Below, one piece after another: positions 22,664 to 24,000 of a DNA stretch of 24,000 nt (position 1 is the stretch's first letter; the number at the start of each line of letters is the position of its first letter). A program made the position numbers and the translations under genes. The DNA comes from Sphingomonadales bacterium (GTDB taxonomy: Bacteria > Pseudomonadota > Alphaproteobacteria > SMXS01). The notes below the pieces were generated by a model, which saw only the letters and a program-made list of their open reading frames with translations, was not told the origin of the DNA and did no database searches. The DNA lies in the NCBI GenBank assembly GCA_022844405.1, contig JALHLV010000003.1:74846-98845 (forward strand). Direction: 5' to 3'.

Positions 22664-23830
22664 TCAGTTCGGCTTCTTGGCCGCGGGCACCGGGGGAATC
22701 CCCGCTTCGCCCTCGACCCGGACCGGCGCGCCAACGCGGGCATGCTGGAGTCCGTCGGTGACCACCCGGTCGCCCGGGTTCAGGCCGGACTGGATCACCC
22801 ACAGTGTCCCATGCAGTACGCCCAGTCTCACTGGCTTGCTCTCCAGCAGATTGTTCTTGCCGACCACGAGAACGGTCGCGCCTTCCGGCTTGAGCTGCAC
22901 CGCCCGTTGCGGCACCACGATGCCGTTGGAGATGGAGCTGCCCTCCACACGGGCGCGCACGAACTGGCCGGGCAGCAGCAGCCGGCCAGGATTGTCGAAC
23001 TGGGCGCGGACCGAGATGGAGCCCGTCGAGGAATCCACCGCCATGTCGAGAAAGTTGAGATGCCCTTCCTTCTCGTAGACGCTGCCGTCCTCCAGGGTGA
23101 GAATCACCCGCACCCGATCGAGCGGGACGGACTTGACCTTGCCCTCCTCGATGTCGCGGCGCAGCCGCAGCAGCTCGGCGCTTGACTGGGTGACGTTCAC
23201 ATAGATCGGATCGAGCTGCTCGATGGTGGTGAGCAGCGTTCCCTCCGCCCCCTTCACCAGCGCGCCCTCGGTCACCTGCGCCCGTCCGGCGCGGCCCGAT
23301 AGCGGCGCGGTCACGGTGGTGTAGTCCAGGTCTAGCGCCGCGCGCTCCACCTGCGCCTGCGCCGAGATCACATCCGCGTCCGCCTGCGCCGACGCGGCAA
23401 CGGCGGCGTCGAATTCCTGCTTGCTGATGGCTTCCCTGCTGACCAGCGGCTGATATCGGTCGACCACCTGTTTGGTGTTGCGGGCCGACGCCTGCGCGCG
23501 GCTGAGCGCGCCCACCGCCTGGTCGTAGGCCGCCTGCTTCTCACGCGGGTCGATGCGGAACAGCGGCGCATCCACCTTGACGTCAGTGCCTTCCTGATAC
23601 AGCCGGCGCTCGATGATGCCGTCGACGCGCGCCCGCACCTCGGCCGTGCGGACCGCCTGGACGCGGCCGGGCAACTCGACCACGCGGGGAATCTCCACCG
23701 GCTTGACCGTGTAGACCTTTACCTCGGGCGGCGGCGGCGCCTTGGGACCGCCGTCGCCGCAGGCGGCGAGCGCCAGGGCATAGAAGGCCATCATGGGCGC
23801 GACGCGGCATTTGACTGCCTGCTTGAACAC
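22664..23830 (-). CDS. RND efflux periplasmic adaptor (MFP, AcrA/MexA-like) lipoprotein
   Basis: ORF 22664..23872. Lipobox ALALAAC. AcrA-like core (VRTAEVRARVDGII, LDYTTVTAPLSGRAGRAQVTEGALV). I prefer GTG 23830 (GGGAGAG 4 nt upstream), which gives a K/R-containing signal peptide. Alternatives are ATG 23794 and GTG 23872. Confidence 0.88.
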   Translation of the reverse strand: MFKQAVKCRVAPMMAFYALALAACGDGGPKAPPPPEVKVYTVKPVEIPRVVELPGRVQAVRTAEVRARVDGIIERRLYQEGTDVKVDAPLFRIDPREKQAAYDQAVGALSRAQASARNTKQVVDRYQPLVSREAISKQEFDAAVAASAQADADVISAQAQVERAALDLDYTTVTAPLSGRAGRAQVTEGALVKGAEGTLLTTIEQLDPIYVNVTQSSAELLRLRRDIEEGKVKSVPLDRVRVILTLEDGSVYEKEGHLNFLDMAVDSSTGSISVRAQFDNPGRLLLPGQFVRARVEGSSISNGIVVPQRAVQLKPEGATVLVVGKNNLLESKPVRLGVLHGTLWVIQSGLNPGDRVVTDGLQHARVGAPVRVEGEAGIPPVPAAKKPN

Positions 23831-23951
23831 GCAACTCTCCCGCAACAATGAACGCCGAAGACGCCGGGCCACCCGTAAATTAGTCGGGCGGCGGCGTGCA
23901 TGTCTCCGATTTTTGTTTGAACGACGAAACGAACCAATTGTTTCCTCGCAT

Positions 23952-23969
23952 GTGTAATATGGGTTACAC
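23952..23969. promoter_or_regulatory. Inverted repeat in the efflux-operon upstream region (TetR-type operator candidate)
   Basis: GTGTAA-TATGGG-TTACAC, 6-bp perfect arms in an AT-rich stretch about 120 bp upstream of the MFP start. A divergent regulator gene, if any, lies beyond the window. Confidence 0.3.
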
Positions 23970-24000
23970 TTGGTGTCAATCCATCTCCGCCAGACCGTTT

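Overview
High-GC proteobacterial-type chromosomal window, densely coding, with short AT-rich control islands. The main feature is a complete RNA-repair and surveillance locus (7991-14261). A CARF/sigma-54 activator, RtcR, is divergent from a minus-strand operon: sigma-54 promoter, rsr (Ro60/TROVE-vWA), four tandem Y-RNA-like non-coding modules in the 590-bp rsr-rtcB gap, rtcB (RNA ligase), and rtcA (RNA 3'-phosphate cyclase). Two of the four modules carry circularly permuted tRNA-like domains. The four modules share one stem/internal-loop architecture with compensatory base changes. The supplied ORF track hides them under spurious ORFs and a false 93-codon N-terminal extension of rtcB. Left flank: an edge-truncated Rieske oxygenase alpha subunit (absent from the ORF track), a luciferase-like oxidoreductase, and two tandem paralogous TonB-dependent receptors with conserved structured 5' leaders. 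Right flank: a wHTH regulator divergent from a group III truncated hemoglobin, separated by a perfect 21-bp NsrR-like palindrome. This is followed by an orphan YjhX/TopAI-family gene, a DUF4142 protein, a translationally coupled VOC-ArsR-SRPBCC cassette, and an MFP-RND-OMF efflux operon. I saw no CRISPR array, transposase, integrase, rRNA or genuine tRNA gene. All functional calls rest on reading the translations and motifs by eye. No database search was run.
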